Source: Salisapilia sapeloensis CBS 127946
Lineage: Eukaryota > Protista > Oomycota
Direction: 5' to 3'
Assembly (NCBI GenBank): GCA_023334545.1
Contig: JAADVB010000057.1
Location: 20,910 to 84,909 of the forward strand
DNA length: 64,000 nt
Both the position numbers and the translations under genes were made by a program. Positions 11,196 to 23,600 of this stretch are shown here, one piece after another (within the stretch, counting starts at the first letter, position 1; each line of letters opens with the position of its first letter). The notes beneath the pieces are model-generated. The model saw nothing but the letters and a program-made list of their open reading frames with translations, made no database searches and was not told the origin of the DNA.

Positions 11196-11812
11196 GTTTC
11201 CGACGAGCGTAAAGATATGCTTTGGGCCCGACACGAAGAGCTGGAAAATGAGCCCTCGAGAGCCACAAAAGCAGAGATTAGGAAAGCTTTCTGATCTCTC
11301 TACGTCAGCCGACACTCAATCAAGTACGACCCAGACGACCTGTACCCAGTGGCTGACGCAGGACGCTTCCGATCCTGAACTTCGGACTAAGATTTATGAT
11401 ATATGCATGATAGCTGAAGCGACTAGTCGGAGGGACATGCCATGGCCATGCAGGACGAGAAATGGGAATGGAAAAAGGTAGGACACGAGTTGCTGTGAAA
11501 AGCTGTTTGACGCATTGTGGCCTTGCCGGTGCATCTTCAAATTGCTCTGTACTGCCTTCCATCCCTATGGTTGAGGACTTGAGTTGATGCGATATGGTTG
11601 TCAGTCAAAACTGCTTGCTGCTCGTACCGCAGAAATACCGCAGACATAATAATCTCTGCATATTGTGAAAGTGGAAATGTAGATAAGAAGGAGCGCTGCA
11701 AGCAAAACGTACGCAAGACTGATTTCGTTCAAGCTTTTATAAATGACATGTTCTGTTCCTTCCATCGCATGTGTCCAAGCTGTCTAATACTATACTTCTA
11801 TCGGCGAGACGC

Positions 11813-12424
11813 CTACTTTTTGCCAGTGAGCTTACGTCGGCACATCCGCGTAAACCGTTTAAACGTCGATCGATATCGGTCAAGGTGCGGGTGCTCATGG
11901 ATGGTAAATTCGTCCTGCAGCTCAATCACATCCTCGTGTTGTAGCCGATTCTTTGTCATCCTCTGAGCCGTTTGGAGTCGTGTCGTCCACAACTCGCACT
12001 CCACGACATCGCTGATCCACAGCGTCACGATTTTCCGATCGACACCAATGACAATGATCTTCTGGTCATCCAAATTCACATACTTGACGTGGACTTGCAG
12101 TAGCAGTCCAACAGGGTACGTATCACTCGTCCTGGACATGCCTTGATACAACGTCAAGGTCGAATCGGTACTGACTGCTACGACTCGGGTCCAGCAATGT
12201 TTAGCACGAGCATTATCCTTCTCCCAGTACACCCAGCCAATACGATATTCTCCCTTCGGACAAGGCTTAGCAGCAAGCGAGGCACGAAGAGACTTTGGAG
12301 ATGTGCATGACTCTAAGCACGAGTCCAAAAGGACCGTGGAAGCGCACGAGTCACGATGCATTTGCTCACTTACGAGTGGCGGGCACTTGATAGGTAGCGT
12401 GCCAAAGTAAGAATGTGGATTCAT
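11813..12424 (-). CDS. Hypothetical protein with PH-like domain
   Basis: 203-aa ORF. RIGWVYWEK...CWTRVVAV...LTLY...CELWTTRLQ follows the PH beta-strand pattern with the terminal W-containing helix. Confidence 0.55.
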   Translation of the reverse strand: MNPHSYFGTLPIKCPPLVSEQMHRDSCASTVLLDSCLESCTSPKSLRASLAAKPCPKGEYRIGWVYWEKDNARAKHCWTRVVAVSTDSTLTLYQGMSRTSDTYPVGLLLQVHVKYVNLDDQKIIVIGVDRKIVTLWISDVVECELWTTRLQTAQRMTKNRLQHEDVIELQDEFTIHEHPHLDRYRSTFKRFTRMCRRKLTGKK

Positions 12425-14337
12425 GTAGATTCGAAATCGCTGTCAATGTCCAGTGGTTAGGTTCAGTGAAGAAATCCATCCAACATGTACCCTTCCATGA
12501 ATTGGTGAATCATTACGATTGAATGTACCCAACTGAAATTAATGGTGCTAGCGAAAGTGGAAGAGACGCCGTTCGCCTTTCTTCGACGCTATTGCTGATG
12601 TGTCGCATCAGCTTTCCACCAGAAAAGGGTATTTATTGACATGAAGCGCTACCGCGACGGTAGAAGGTACGCGGATGTGTCAAGAATGTTGCCCAAACCG
12701 CAACCACTTGACACTTGGACGTTTACGCTGCCTGTATTCGGATTGTTACCTTCAATTCGTTTCGGCCGACTCCAGCTCTGCTCTGGCCATTCATTTCAAG
12801 ACGCTACGTCGATTGGCTTCTAGCGGAGACGCAAACTTGGGATTCACCAGCATGGGTACACTTCACATCACGATTGATGCACCTTTACCCATCGATGATA
12901 GATTGATGAATGGTTACAAGCTAGCATGCTTAATGGCCTCATCTCGAGTACTTCTCATTGGAAACGCGTGAATGCAGTCCTAAATTGATCGCCATCTTAA
13001 ATCGTCCGAGAGAAGAGTAGAATGGGAACACGCCATGATGTCTATTAACGGATAGTCAAAAGAAAATTTCCGGTCATATGCAATGGGGATGGAGACCAGA
13101 CATGCGCAAAATTGTAGTGGTCCTACTCTCGACCAAAAATGCCAGAGTAGCATCGATTCGATGTTCTTTACTTTCGAGATGCTGATCGATGGTCAACGCA
13201 AAATGGACCGAAAGGCTTATGTTTAGAATAAAATGGCAAACTAGACGAGCTATGTGTTCTATCTGGCACTATTCGGAGAGTGAAAACGATGCTCTGAGGG
13301 AGCCCATGATTTGCATTAACAAGCATAAAGCGTATGCACTGCTATACAGGCAACGAGAGGGTCGCACAAGATGCATCGATTTGGACTAATGCTATTATAT
13401 GTGACTAACCAGAGTATGGCTGGACGATCGATAGGAGTTCCACTTTCGATAGCATGGTTTACATTTCAACGAACATGAAAATATAGTTCATTGAAATAAA
13501 CGAAACCGTGGCATGAGGAAACTCTTTAAATCTATGATGAGTACAGAGTTGTAATCGTAAAAATGAGGGTGAATGAGGGTATACCAATGTGCTCTTGGTA
13601 ATTGCTAGACCTTTACGAGATCTGCTGATGCTTAAAACTCACAAGTAGGAAGAGCATGCTTTAATCTATTCAGCTAAAGTCAAGATCGACTATAGAAATA
13701 AGTAGTCCGTGGAGATTTGCAATTACTACAGAAATATCCTGTACTGGCTTCAACGGCGAGTATAGAGAGAGCCGTATGTCGGTTTCCAAGCGCAGAAAGG
13801 CGACAGTTGAAGAGCCTTCAAGGTGTGGTAACTTGGGCTTTGATTTGCAGAGAGCTTTGTATTACCATGCCTAGGATTTCGTAAGCCCTTCGTCTCGACG
13901 TAGATACCTGCCTATCCCACCTTTGGTGAAGTGAAGTCCACTTTAACGTGAAAGCTTGCAGTTGCCACATTCCTACTAAACTTGATGTCGAAGCTTGCCA
14001 ACTTCAACTTGCGAACGTTTGCAAAATACTGATGAAGATCGGCTTTTCTACTTTGTCTTTCTTGAGCTCAAGCAATCTATCGACATATTTGAGCACTGCG
14101 ATACAAAGGTTAAATACTACATTGCCTGAAATGAGCAGAAAGCTGTTGTTGGTGCGTTAATTCTCTTCCTTAATCTCGGACTTGTGTTCTGGTTATAAAG
14201 CAAGCTTTATACAATAAAACAATTAGAATTACACATAAAAGTTATTTCGGCTGCCAGTGCCTAGCGCAGAGTACGGCAGCAAGCGACAGGAGCAACAATC
14301 CAAGACCCTGCATCAAAAACATCTCAGCAAAAAGTAT

Positions 14338-14418
14338 CGACAGCTGTGAGATTCGAACTCACGCGGGTTGCCCCAATAGATTTCGAGTCTATCGCCTTAA
14401 CCGCTCGGCCAAGCTGTC
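14338..14418 (-). tRNA. trnS-CGA: tRNA-Ser (anticodon CGA)
   Basis: Reverse complement GACAGCTTGGCCGAGCGGTTAAGGCGATAGACTCGAAATCTATTGGGGCAACCCGCGTGAGTTCGAATCTCACAGCTGTCG has a long variable arm. A T5 terminator lies at 14329-14333. Confidence 0.95.
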
Positions 14419-14822
14419 TTGTTGAAGTATACGAAGAAGATATAATATATATTAATTAAAATGTATTTTAATAATTCTTTCGATAAGTAGTTTGTACTGG
14501 GTCAGGAAAAGAACTATCTATCAACCTCGATGACCGCGCAGTCTCCACTTCCGTGATACTAGCGTAGTAAAGTAAAAGAATACGAAAGTAGGAGACTAGG
14601 AGGCTAGAAACGCGGAAGAATATAAAGCAACAAGAGTGAATGTACTATAGTAGATGAAGAAAATTTGGTATTCTCACAGCACCCTCGGTCGAGGGTCAAA
14701 CTAAACCAGCCTGATCGTCGCATCAGGCTGAGCTACCAATCCAAGCGCGATGAAGAAAGAAGGGGGTAAGTGTCTTATAAAAGGCTCTGCATGCAGCTGT
14801 GGGAGCTCCTACGAACGCGAGA

Positions 14823-16895
14823 TCACTTCTGCAGGTCTCGCAGGATCTTCCGCAACTCGTACGAAATGTGAATAGCGCTCGGTCGCTGCGCAGGCTCAAA
14901 CGACAGACACGCTCGCGCAAGCTGCACGATGGGCTGCGGACAAGAATTGGAGAACGTCGGCTGGAGCTTTCCGGCAGATACGAGCTGGAGGATGGTCACG
15001 TCCTGCATCTTGGCGCCGTTTGTGTTCGTCGCGTCATGGTATGGAGCTTTGCACGTGTCCAGCTCGGACAGGACGACACCGAAGGAGTAGACGTCTGCGA
15101 ACTCGGTATAGTTGCTTCCGAGAATGACTTCAGGGGCGATCCAACGAGACGTTCCGACACCGGCAGTCATCGTCTCCTCGTAGCTACGGTTGCGGCTGAC
15201 GCCAAAGTCGCTCAGCTTTGCGCCAGACTGGGCGTCAATAAGGACATTTCGGCTCTTCAAGTCACGATGGATGATCTTCGGGTTGAGCGTGTGGAGGTAG
15301 ACGAGTGCGTCGGCAACGTCGATGGCGATCTGGCACTTGAGGTTGGGCCAGGATAAAGACTCTGCCTGGTCGCTTTCCAAGAGAGACTTGAGGTCTCCGC
15401 AGTCCATAAACTCTGTGATCGCCTGGATCGTCAGGGCGTTCGTCCACGAGACACCGATGAAGCGGACGATCTTCGGGTGTTCCAGTCTGCCCATGATCTT
15501 GATTTCGGCGGCGAATGCAAGCGCGTCGGTCATTGTACGCTTGTCGCTCAATAGACGCTTGATGGCCACGTTTTCACCCATGTACAGACCGAGCCAGACT
15601 TCGCCAAAGCCACCTCGAGACAAGAGCTTAATAGCCTCCACGTCCTTGTGCTCCACGCGGTAAGCGACAAGGTCCGGATCGTCCCACAGACTTGATCCGA
15701 ATGTGTCGGTTCCGTCACCGAGCATGCCTTGCGTCATGTCCGTGTCATGCATCGTCGAGTGGTTCTTGCCGCCAGTCGAGAATGGCTGCTTGGATCCGTT
15801 CCTGCGACGATAGACGACGAAGCCGATGACAGCGGCAACGACGGCGGCGACCACGACGGCGACAATGATGCCGATGGTGGCTCCCGTGCTAAGCGCTCCT
15901 TCGCCACCAGACTTGGTGCACACTTGGACAGAGCCCGTTTGAAGCGTCGTAGACGTGTACCCGTCCTCGCACTCCGAGACGGTCATGTCGGCGGAGAAGG
16001 TGTTCAGGTTTGTTAAAAAGGCGACTTGGTCGGACGATAGCTGGATGTTCTCGAGTTTGCAGCTCTCCATGTACAGTTCAGACAGAGATTCTAGACCGAA
16101 GATGTCGGCAGGGATAGTAGTGAGCGGATTGCCCGTCAGATTCAGCGACGTCAGCTTCTGCAGGTTCAGCGAAAGGTCTTCGAACGCATTTTCAGATAGA
16201 TCGAGCGTCTGCAAGTTGGTCAAGACGTCGGAGGGGAACGACTTGAGGTAGTTTTTGGATAGTTTGAGCGACTCGAGGTTCAATTGCTGGACATTGTCCG
16301 GCACTTTGTTCAGATTGGCATTCACAAGGTACAGTTCATTCAAGCTCTTCGATAGCTCGACCTTGTTCATAATGTTACGCAGGTTGAGGTGCATGAGGTA
16401 CATGGCTCCGGTGTCAGTAGGTGTGTTAAAGAAACTCTGGTCCAATGACACGTTCTTCATGTCGCCTTTCGGAAGGTCAGACCGACCGCCAGATAGCTGG
16501 ACCGTCACAATGTTATTGCTATACTCCAAGTTCTTCACCTGCGTCACGTACGCCATCGTGTTGACGTCCCTGTCGCTCACGACGCCGACACTCAGGAGCC
16601 ATTGGCGGTTGTCATCCACGAGCTGTTCGAGGCATTTATACGTGACGTCGCACTCCTGTCCGTCGCCTACCGGCAGCGTATAGCCTGACGCATGGTAACA
16701 AGGTCCGCTCGCATCCGCCGAGCCAGCGCACTCGTGCACGCCTTTCGTGTTGTTGGGTGCGTAGAGAACACAAGGAGCTTGATCGCACCTGGAAGGACAG
16801 TCTTTGCTCGTGAGCATGTTTTCCGACAGTGAAGAGCATTCCTGGGCGTCTGCGGCGAGCGCCGTGAATGCCGCCAGGGCCAATGTACGAATCAT
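14823..16895 (-). CDS. LRR receptor-like kinase (TKL), intronless
   Basis: Signal peptide, Cys-rich N-terminus, LRRs (LxxLxLSxN), TM segment IGIIVAVVVAAVVAAVIGFVVY followed by RRR. Kinase motifs GGFGEV, VAIK, HRDLKSRN, DFG and APE are all intact. Confidence 0.93.
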   Translation of the reverse strand: MIRTLALAAFTALAADAQECSSLSENMLTSKDCPSRCDQAPCVLYAPNNTKGVHECAGSADASGPCYHASGYTLPVGDGQECDVTYKCLEQLVDDNRQWLLSVGVVSDRDVNTMAYVTQVKNLEYSNNIVTVQLSGGRSDLPKGDMKNVSLDQSFFNTPTDTGAMYLMHLNLRNIMNKVELSKSLNELYLVNANLNKVPDNVQQLNLESLKLSKNYLKSFPSDVLTNLQTLDLSENAFEDLSLNLQKLTSLNLTGNPLTTIPADIFGLESLSELYMESCKLENIQLSSDQVAFLTNLNTFSADMTVSECEDGYTSTTLQTGSVQVCTKSGGEGALSTGATIGIIVAVVVAAVVAAVIGFVVYRRRNGSKQPFSTGGKNHSTMHDTDMTQGMLGDGTDTFGSSLWDDPDLVAYRVEHKDVEAIKLLSRGGFGEVWLGLYMGENVAIKRLLSDKRTMTDALAFAAEIKIMGRLEHPKIVRFIGVSWTNALTIQAITEFMDCGDLKSLLESDQAESLSWPNLKCQIAIDVADALVYLHTLNPKIIHRDLKSRNVLIDAQSGAKLSDFGVSRNRSYEETMTAGVGTSRWIAPEVILGSNYTEFADVYSFGVVLSELDTCKAPYHDATNTNGAKMQDVTILQLVSAGKLQPTFSNSCPQPIVQLARACLSFEPAQRPSAIHISYELRKILRDLQK

Positions 16896-19275
16896 CCGGG
16901 GTTTAGATCGTAGAGTCGGGAACGCCGTCGTCTCCGAGAATCAGCGTAAATGATTGATTTGTGGAGAAAGCGAGAGTCAGCGTATAGTGTGCCATGAGTA
17001 ACCGCGTACGAATCGCCCTTGCGCGACGGACGAACAACACAAACGGGGTGTGCTTTTAGAGAAGGGGTAGGAATCTGTCACGACGAACAGTGGGCAGAAA
17101 CCGCATACTTTGTGCCAGTGCAGGCGGAGCGACCGTATTTCGGAATGGGTGCAGTCGATACGAAATAGACATGCAGTCCAGGATTCTGGACAAGAGATCG
17201 GACAGCGCAGTCCTGTTTGTCCTGGCGTGCCGTCCACGCGATGCACTTACTTGATGGACATTCGCCAGAACTGAGTTTCGCTTTAACACGTATCCATCAG
17301 AAATAGATGTGCTACACTGGCGTACCTATTCCCTCCGACACGCGCTGAGGACAGCTACATGGCATGCCAGAGTAATCGAGCCACATATGTCCGTAGTAAC
17401 ATAAATCTGGGTGTGCCCACGGGATACCATCGCGAAATAAAGTTGAGTCATCCGTTGCCCACAAGACCTACTTCGACAGCTAAGCTCCCCCTTCTTTTTC
17501 GCCATGCTGAGCTGTACTTGTGCAATATTACAAGTGGATAGTCATTTTAAAATACCTGTATCTAATCGACTTTCAGGCTTCGCGGAGCTCTACGAACACA
17601 TCGACATCGAATGACGATCCACGTTCGTTGATGTGGTTGAAGATGCAACTCTACAAGAAGCTCTCTTCCGCTTACCTTTAACCAATTATGTCATCTATTT
17701 ATGAATTCATATCTACCTCTTTTCTTTTTTACAGTTAAATGGGATCCATTCTCGTGCAATACATCCTCATCTCCCCACAACTTCTTTCTTCTCGGCATGT
17801 GTAAGAAAATTATTTCTTGTATGATGGTCATCGTTCTATCGCATAGTCTCGTAGAGCCTCTACGCCCAATTCCTCGGTCGACTCCATCGGACCAACAGTT
17901 TCACATCAAAATCATAGACCAAGTTTCCAATCGCACCTTCGGCCCATTGGAAAATTGCACTCGCATTACAACTGATTCAGCACCTCGTCTTCCTCGTAGG
18001 GCTCGAAGCAAACTATTTACAAGTTCAGACCCTTCATTGAGACTGCAAAACTGCCGTCATAGATAGCTTACGGTCTATGATCCACTTAAAGCAGTGGGCA
18101 GAGAATAGATGAGCCAATATCTAGCATGTGCTCACTCGACAAGAGATCTCTATCTTGTGCATGAGCACGCATTAAGATGCAGGGCACTAGTCTCACGGCA
18201 TCGCACCGTTGCAAGCATATCTACGTGTGTGCAATTTGGATCATACACACAGTAATAGATATTTCTCAGGTTACTTGCTCAAGTGGCTTTACCAATGATC
18301 CATCACTTTCAATCCTTCTGTTCGAGCATCTTGGTTAAAGCCAGATTACTGGATGGATATGGGAAGACCGTAAATAGCACCGATTGCAGCGAGATAAAGA
18401 TTGACACTCAACTAGTTCTTATGATGTAGCACTTTGCATTAATTAGCATCTTAGTCGATGGTAGTGCATTCAAGTAGTATAAACTTTATTCGAGATACAC
18501 AACTGTCGAGTAGATGCATGGGGCTGCAGTGATCTCAGGAGGTACAAGATGGACAGTGAACTGCCGAGATAGCTTGGAAAAAATGAGTATTTAAATTTAA
18601 AGTCGCTCAAGTGATTCATAGCTACCACTGTATTTGCAGTTGCGTGAAATTTCGGTCGTGACTTGCCTTGACTCGCTTGGAAGATGTTTATCTTTAGCCA
18701 CCTGGAAATCAAACGCAATCAAGTGAAAACGTTATGATGCAAAGTCCATGGTCAAACAATTCGATCGAAAAGGCCGATACGAGCGACGGGAGTGAAAAAA
18801 CTAATTGGTTTAATCGCGGAATATCTGAACACGAGACAACATCATTGTGCTTGTTGCTATTGTTCTATGAGTCATATTTTCGACATGGAAATATGTACAC
18901 CTTTTAAAGCAGACGACTTTGGTCGCTCACATCTAAGTCAACTGACACGTCCATTCACAGACAAGCGATTGTCCAGGACCTTTGAGGTTGAGTTTTGCAA
19001 TTCAGCTGAGGTAACCGCAATGAAATTAGAAAACAATACTGGTAGAGTGCTACAAGAAGATCCTTGAAGCCTATAAATAGCATTAAAAGCAAGGACACGC
19101 TTTCATCTTTCTAGGATGCACTCGAATGTAAACTATTTCAACATCTAAATGACCGGTTATCTGGCTCGGGAGGTTCAAGATCGACCAGATGCTCTATCTT
19201 ATCCGGATAAATTCTCGTAGTTTATCTGGAGGAAATAAAAGTCAGTGACTCTTTTTCTGCCAATCAGGCTCTTCC

Positions 19276-20581
19276 TTGGGAGAAATAACACCTCTCCAAG
19301 GTTGCTCAGCATCGACGATTCTCGCCCGCGTGCAGGACGTCGCTACGCGCTGGAGCTCCGTCATGAGCCAATTCGCGCATGGCATCTACTCTGTAGACCT
19401 GTCCAACCGTCAATTAGTCCCACCAGTCTGGTTTCTAGGGTCCGAGCACGCTGATTCGAGTGACTACCGACAAGCCTTCGAAGCGTTGCTATGGTTCACG
19501 TATCGCCGAGATTTTGCACCCATGGAGCCGTACGCATACACGAGTGATGCCGGGTGGGGGTGCATGCTACGCACAGCTCAGATGCTACTGGCAGAAGCCT
19601 TGCGGAGGCTGCACAAGGTTCCGAACGATCATACCCATGCCTCGATGAAACAGCTCTTGACCTGGTTCGCGGACGCCCCGGATACATCATGCGCTTTTTC
19701 CATTCACAACATGGTGCAGCTAGGTCTACAGTACGACAAGCTTCCTGGGGAATGGTATGGCCCGACGACTGCTTCCCAAGTACTTCGTGAACTCGTGAAC
19801 AAACAGAGTCGGGAGCAGGACGGTCGGCTCGTGATGTACGTCCCGCAGGACGGCGTCGTGTATTCGGATGAAGTAGACAAACTATGCGTCTCTCACTTGG
19901 AGAGAAATGTACAGGAGAAAGATAGCGTGGACGAGTCAGACTCTGCGTTCTGTGATCCGCTGCTCAATCCACCCAAGTCGGACGAACAGAGAGCTTGGAC
20001 AAAAGCAGTGCTGCTGCTCATTCCCCTCCGACTCGGCCTGGATGAAGTGAATGAAAGGTACATGCCTGCAGTGACCGAGAGCTTTCGGTTTCCCCAGAGC
20101 GTCGGCATCATCGGTGGGAAGAAGGGTCACTCGGTCTACTTTGTGGCGGCGCAGGACGACCAGCTGCACCTGTTGGACCCACACGAAGTCCAGCCGACGC
20201 CAGAGCTCTCAGCGTCCTTCCCAACTGCCGTAATAGAAATCTAGTTATCATACGTCTACTTTGGAATATTGATCTCGTGCCTTATAGAGTCACGTGAGAA
20301 CAGTGCACTCGACGACTCCACTGGCCATGGGCATGCGCAGTGTCGATCCATCCATGGCGCTAGGCTTCCTCTGTTGCAGCCGGGAGGAATACCTTGACTT
20401 TGGCCGTCGCGTTGAAGAGCTGCAGAAAAGTGGAGGCTTGTTCCCGTTTGCAGTGGCCCATCGGCGGCCGGACTATGCTTCTACGGATGCCATGGACGAC
20501 TGCGTGTCAGGTGAGAGTGGGAATGAAAATGGTCTCGTGTCAAGTGACATCGACGACGACGACGAGTACGTACTGATTTGA
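19276..20581 (+). CDS. ATG4: Autophagy cysteine protease ATG4 (peptidase C54)
   Basis: LWFTYRRDF, TSDAGWGCMLR (catalytic Cys), GIIGGK..HSVYF and LDPH (catalytic D/H). Intron 20230-20287 joins the two track ORFs in frame. Exact start uncertain (first in-frame ATG at 19363). Confidence 0.93.
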
Positions 20582-20673
20582 CAAGTGCCTTTCAGAAGAT
20601 TTGTACCTCAATAACACTACCTACAGCTTTGATATAACCTCTTTTCTTGTTGCCGATGAAAACTTATTCTACG

Positions 20674-23600
20674 TCAGTCACTTTCACCTGAAGACGTCGT
20701 GTTCGGCCACGGAACGCAGTACAAACCGCCCATCTGAGAAGCGTAGTTCGTCGGACAGGAAGCACACTCCTCCGAGTCCCAGTCAGTGAGGAAGGACCCG
20801 ACAGTACAGCACCTGCCTTTGCTACCTTTGTCACTCGAATCCAACCGACGTAGCAATCGTTGCCGCATGGAAATCCCACCAGTATTGTCATCCTCATCCT
20901 CATCGTCATGCTCCATGCCAGCAACGCCGCCACTCTCAGACTTGCTATCGTCCTTCGTGGCGCCGTCACTATCTCCACCTCCCGTCTTAGACGATATGGT
21001 AACGTCCGTATTGGAAAGGCTCAGGTTGATCAAGTCCTCGATGTCGTACTTGGTTTCGCCTCCTGAGCTCGTATCAGATGCGCCCTTGCCATCTCCAGAC
21101 GCCGCCTTCTCCACCGCCGCCATGGCAGACTTGCTTTCGCTCGACACTTTGTACGTTGCCGTCGTGCCGTACACCACAATGGGCGCAGCGTCCTGGACGC
21201 CGTGGTAGGACATGTTGTTCCGAGTCCACTCTCCGTCATTTGAGTACTGGTCGAACGTGACGATGACATCCAGCTTGGAGAACAGCGACGGCAGCGGCAC
21301 CTCGTCGCTCGCAACATCCACAGATCCGTCGCTAACCTTGCACAGCTCGACGTCGTCGTCCCAGCATTTGCCATACATATTCGTGATTGTCTCGCAATCT
21401 TCTCCTGCCTTTCTCTCCTTGTACTCAAAGTCAAAATGTCTTTCTGGAATCCTATACGTCTTTCCGCCCAACGCAGGACCAAGGTCCGAGTCTCCAGGAG
21501 CAGTGACAACTACCTTGGTCGTCACAACCTGCGACTCCTCGCCGTCCTTTGGAGGAGCGTACTTTGGAGGCAGCAAGACTGCTAGACGCTTGAGAAAGAC
21601 GACGTCTTCATCTGGATTGTACCCTGGGTCGACCCATCCGTACTTGTAAAGCCAATCGGGGTCTTGTGGCAACCGGATCGAGATATTCCGGCCGCCGTTG
21701 CCCATGAGTGCACCCACGCGAATAAAGCGAGTTGTGCTGTCGCTACTATTATCTGACGTCTCCGTCTCGTGCGTCGGGATGTAGGCGGTGAAGTCGTGCT
21801 CGTCCGGCTTTTTATTCGGATTGAACGACTCGATCTTGTCCAGGTCGATGTCCGGGTTCGTCGGGTTCTCGTAGATGCTAATGCACGGATCGATAGGAGA
21901 ACCTCCATTCAAGTACGTGTAAAAGTCGCACACATTGACGGCAGCCTCCGCGCCCTGGATCGCTGTGCTCAGCAGATCCAACCCTAGGATTGATTGCGTG
22001 TACTTCAACTGCTTCGAGTAGACGTTAAACCTTTGCTCGGCCCTCTCTTGCTCGTCTGCATACGTCTCGTTGATAGAGGTGATCGACTTCTTCGTCTTGC
22101 TCGCTGCTTCCTTCAAGTTCTTCGTCAGAGCCTCAGAGGCTTTCTTTCGGACGGCTTGCTCGGCCATGGTGACATAGTTTTCTAAGATGTCCAACGATAG
22201 ACCTGGCATCATGCCCCAATACATAAAGACTTTGTTATCCTCGGCTCGGGCAGCACATGGCTCCAAGGCATAGTTACCTGCCATTCCGCAGAACTCGTCC
22301 GTTAACGCGCTGAATTTGTTTCCAAGACTATCGACATCCGCTCCTCGAATGGCACTAAGGTCAAAATCTCGGTACGCATTCAAAAATTGCTGGCCGTCTT
22401 CAGCAATCTGGTCTTCAGATGGGTCCTTCCGATCCATGATCGTCTGAATCGTTTTTGCAACTTTCAGACTTTGTTTTTGCGTCTCTTTCGCTTTCTTGCC
22501 GATGTCACCGACGGCCGGGATGAGTTCATTTTTGAGATACTTCGTCAAAGTTTTAACACCATCTACACCGTCCGTGTCCTTATCGAGCTCGTGCCCATCA
22601 CGAACGACGTCCACGATAGTTGTCGGGTCCAAGACAAGCGGTATGATTGTAATGACTTTCAAGGCAGATATGAGAAAGTTTAAAAAGCCCGACGCTTGCG
22701 CTCTCTTCGCTGCTTTTAGTGCCTCTTCACAGATCACTTCCAGGTGTTCCGTAAAAGTATCCATAGCCTTTTCGACCTTACCATTCACGAAGTCGTCAAT
22801 GTATCCTTGCGTTACTTTCACCGCAGTTTCAGCCTTGTCGAAGTTTATCTCGGACACTTTGGTCAGTCGCTCCGTCTGAGAAGTCATCATTTTAGACAAT
22901 TGGTCAAGCTCGCTCGCGGACTTTTGCGCCCATGCCTGGTCGATCTGCTTCTTCGACCAGGCATTCGATTTGTACATGTTTTCCACAACTCCATTCACCA
23001 TTTCAGCAGCTCGTTGACCGACACGCTGCTTGCCTAGTTTGTCCCGTAAGTTTGTCAGATACTCTTGCCGATCCATCCGAGCTTCCTCCGTGTCGAGGTT
23101 CGTAATTCGCTTTGGGTCATAGATCTGGGCAGGTGCAACGCGGTACGTTGATGAGAGCATCGACAGCTGCGGAAACAGACAGAAACGAAGCTGGATGCCA
23201 TCACATACTTCCTTTGCAAGAGCTGACAGTGTCTCCACCACGTCTGAAGTAATGATCTTCACTGCATCGTTGACGTTGCCTTCGACAACAAGTGCTTCGC
23301 TTGCCTGGATGTACTGGTCAGCCAAATCTCCAAACAATTCGTTTCTCGCACCGGACGATTCAATGTCCTCTGCGTCGAGTTTCTTCAGAACGGCCAGCTG
23401 AAGCACCAACCGGTCACCAATGTCGTCATTGAGCAAATCTTCAGGCTTCAAATTCGGAAGACCATTTTCGTCCGTGCTGCCATAGGATGTACCGGAAGAA
23501 GTGTTAAGGAGGTCACCCCACCACCCTTTCGGATTCCAGTCACCTTCGATCTTAACGCCCTCGGCTTGTTTCATAAGCGTTTCAACAACGGCGTCGGAGA

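Noticed and set aside
10143-11294. Long antisense/shadow ORFs (for example 10143-11294, 3978-4892, 32007-33665, 20786-22879)
   Set aside because: They lie opposite or inside well-supported genes and have no motifs. They are expected from GC-rich codon bias.
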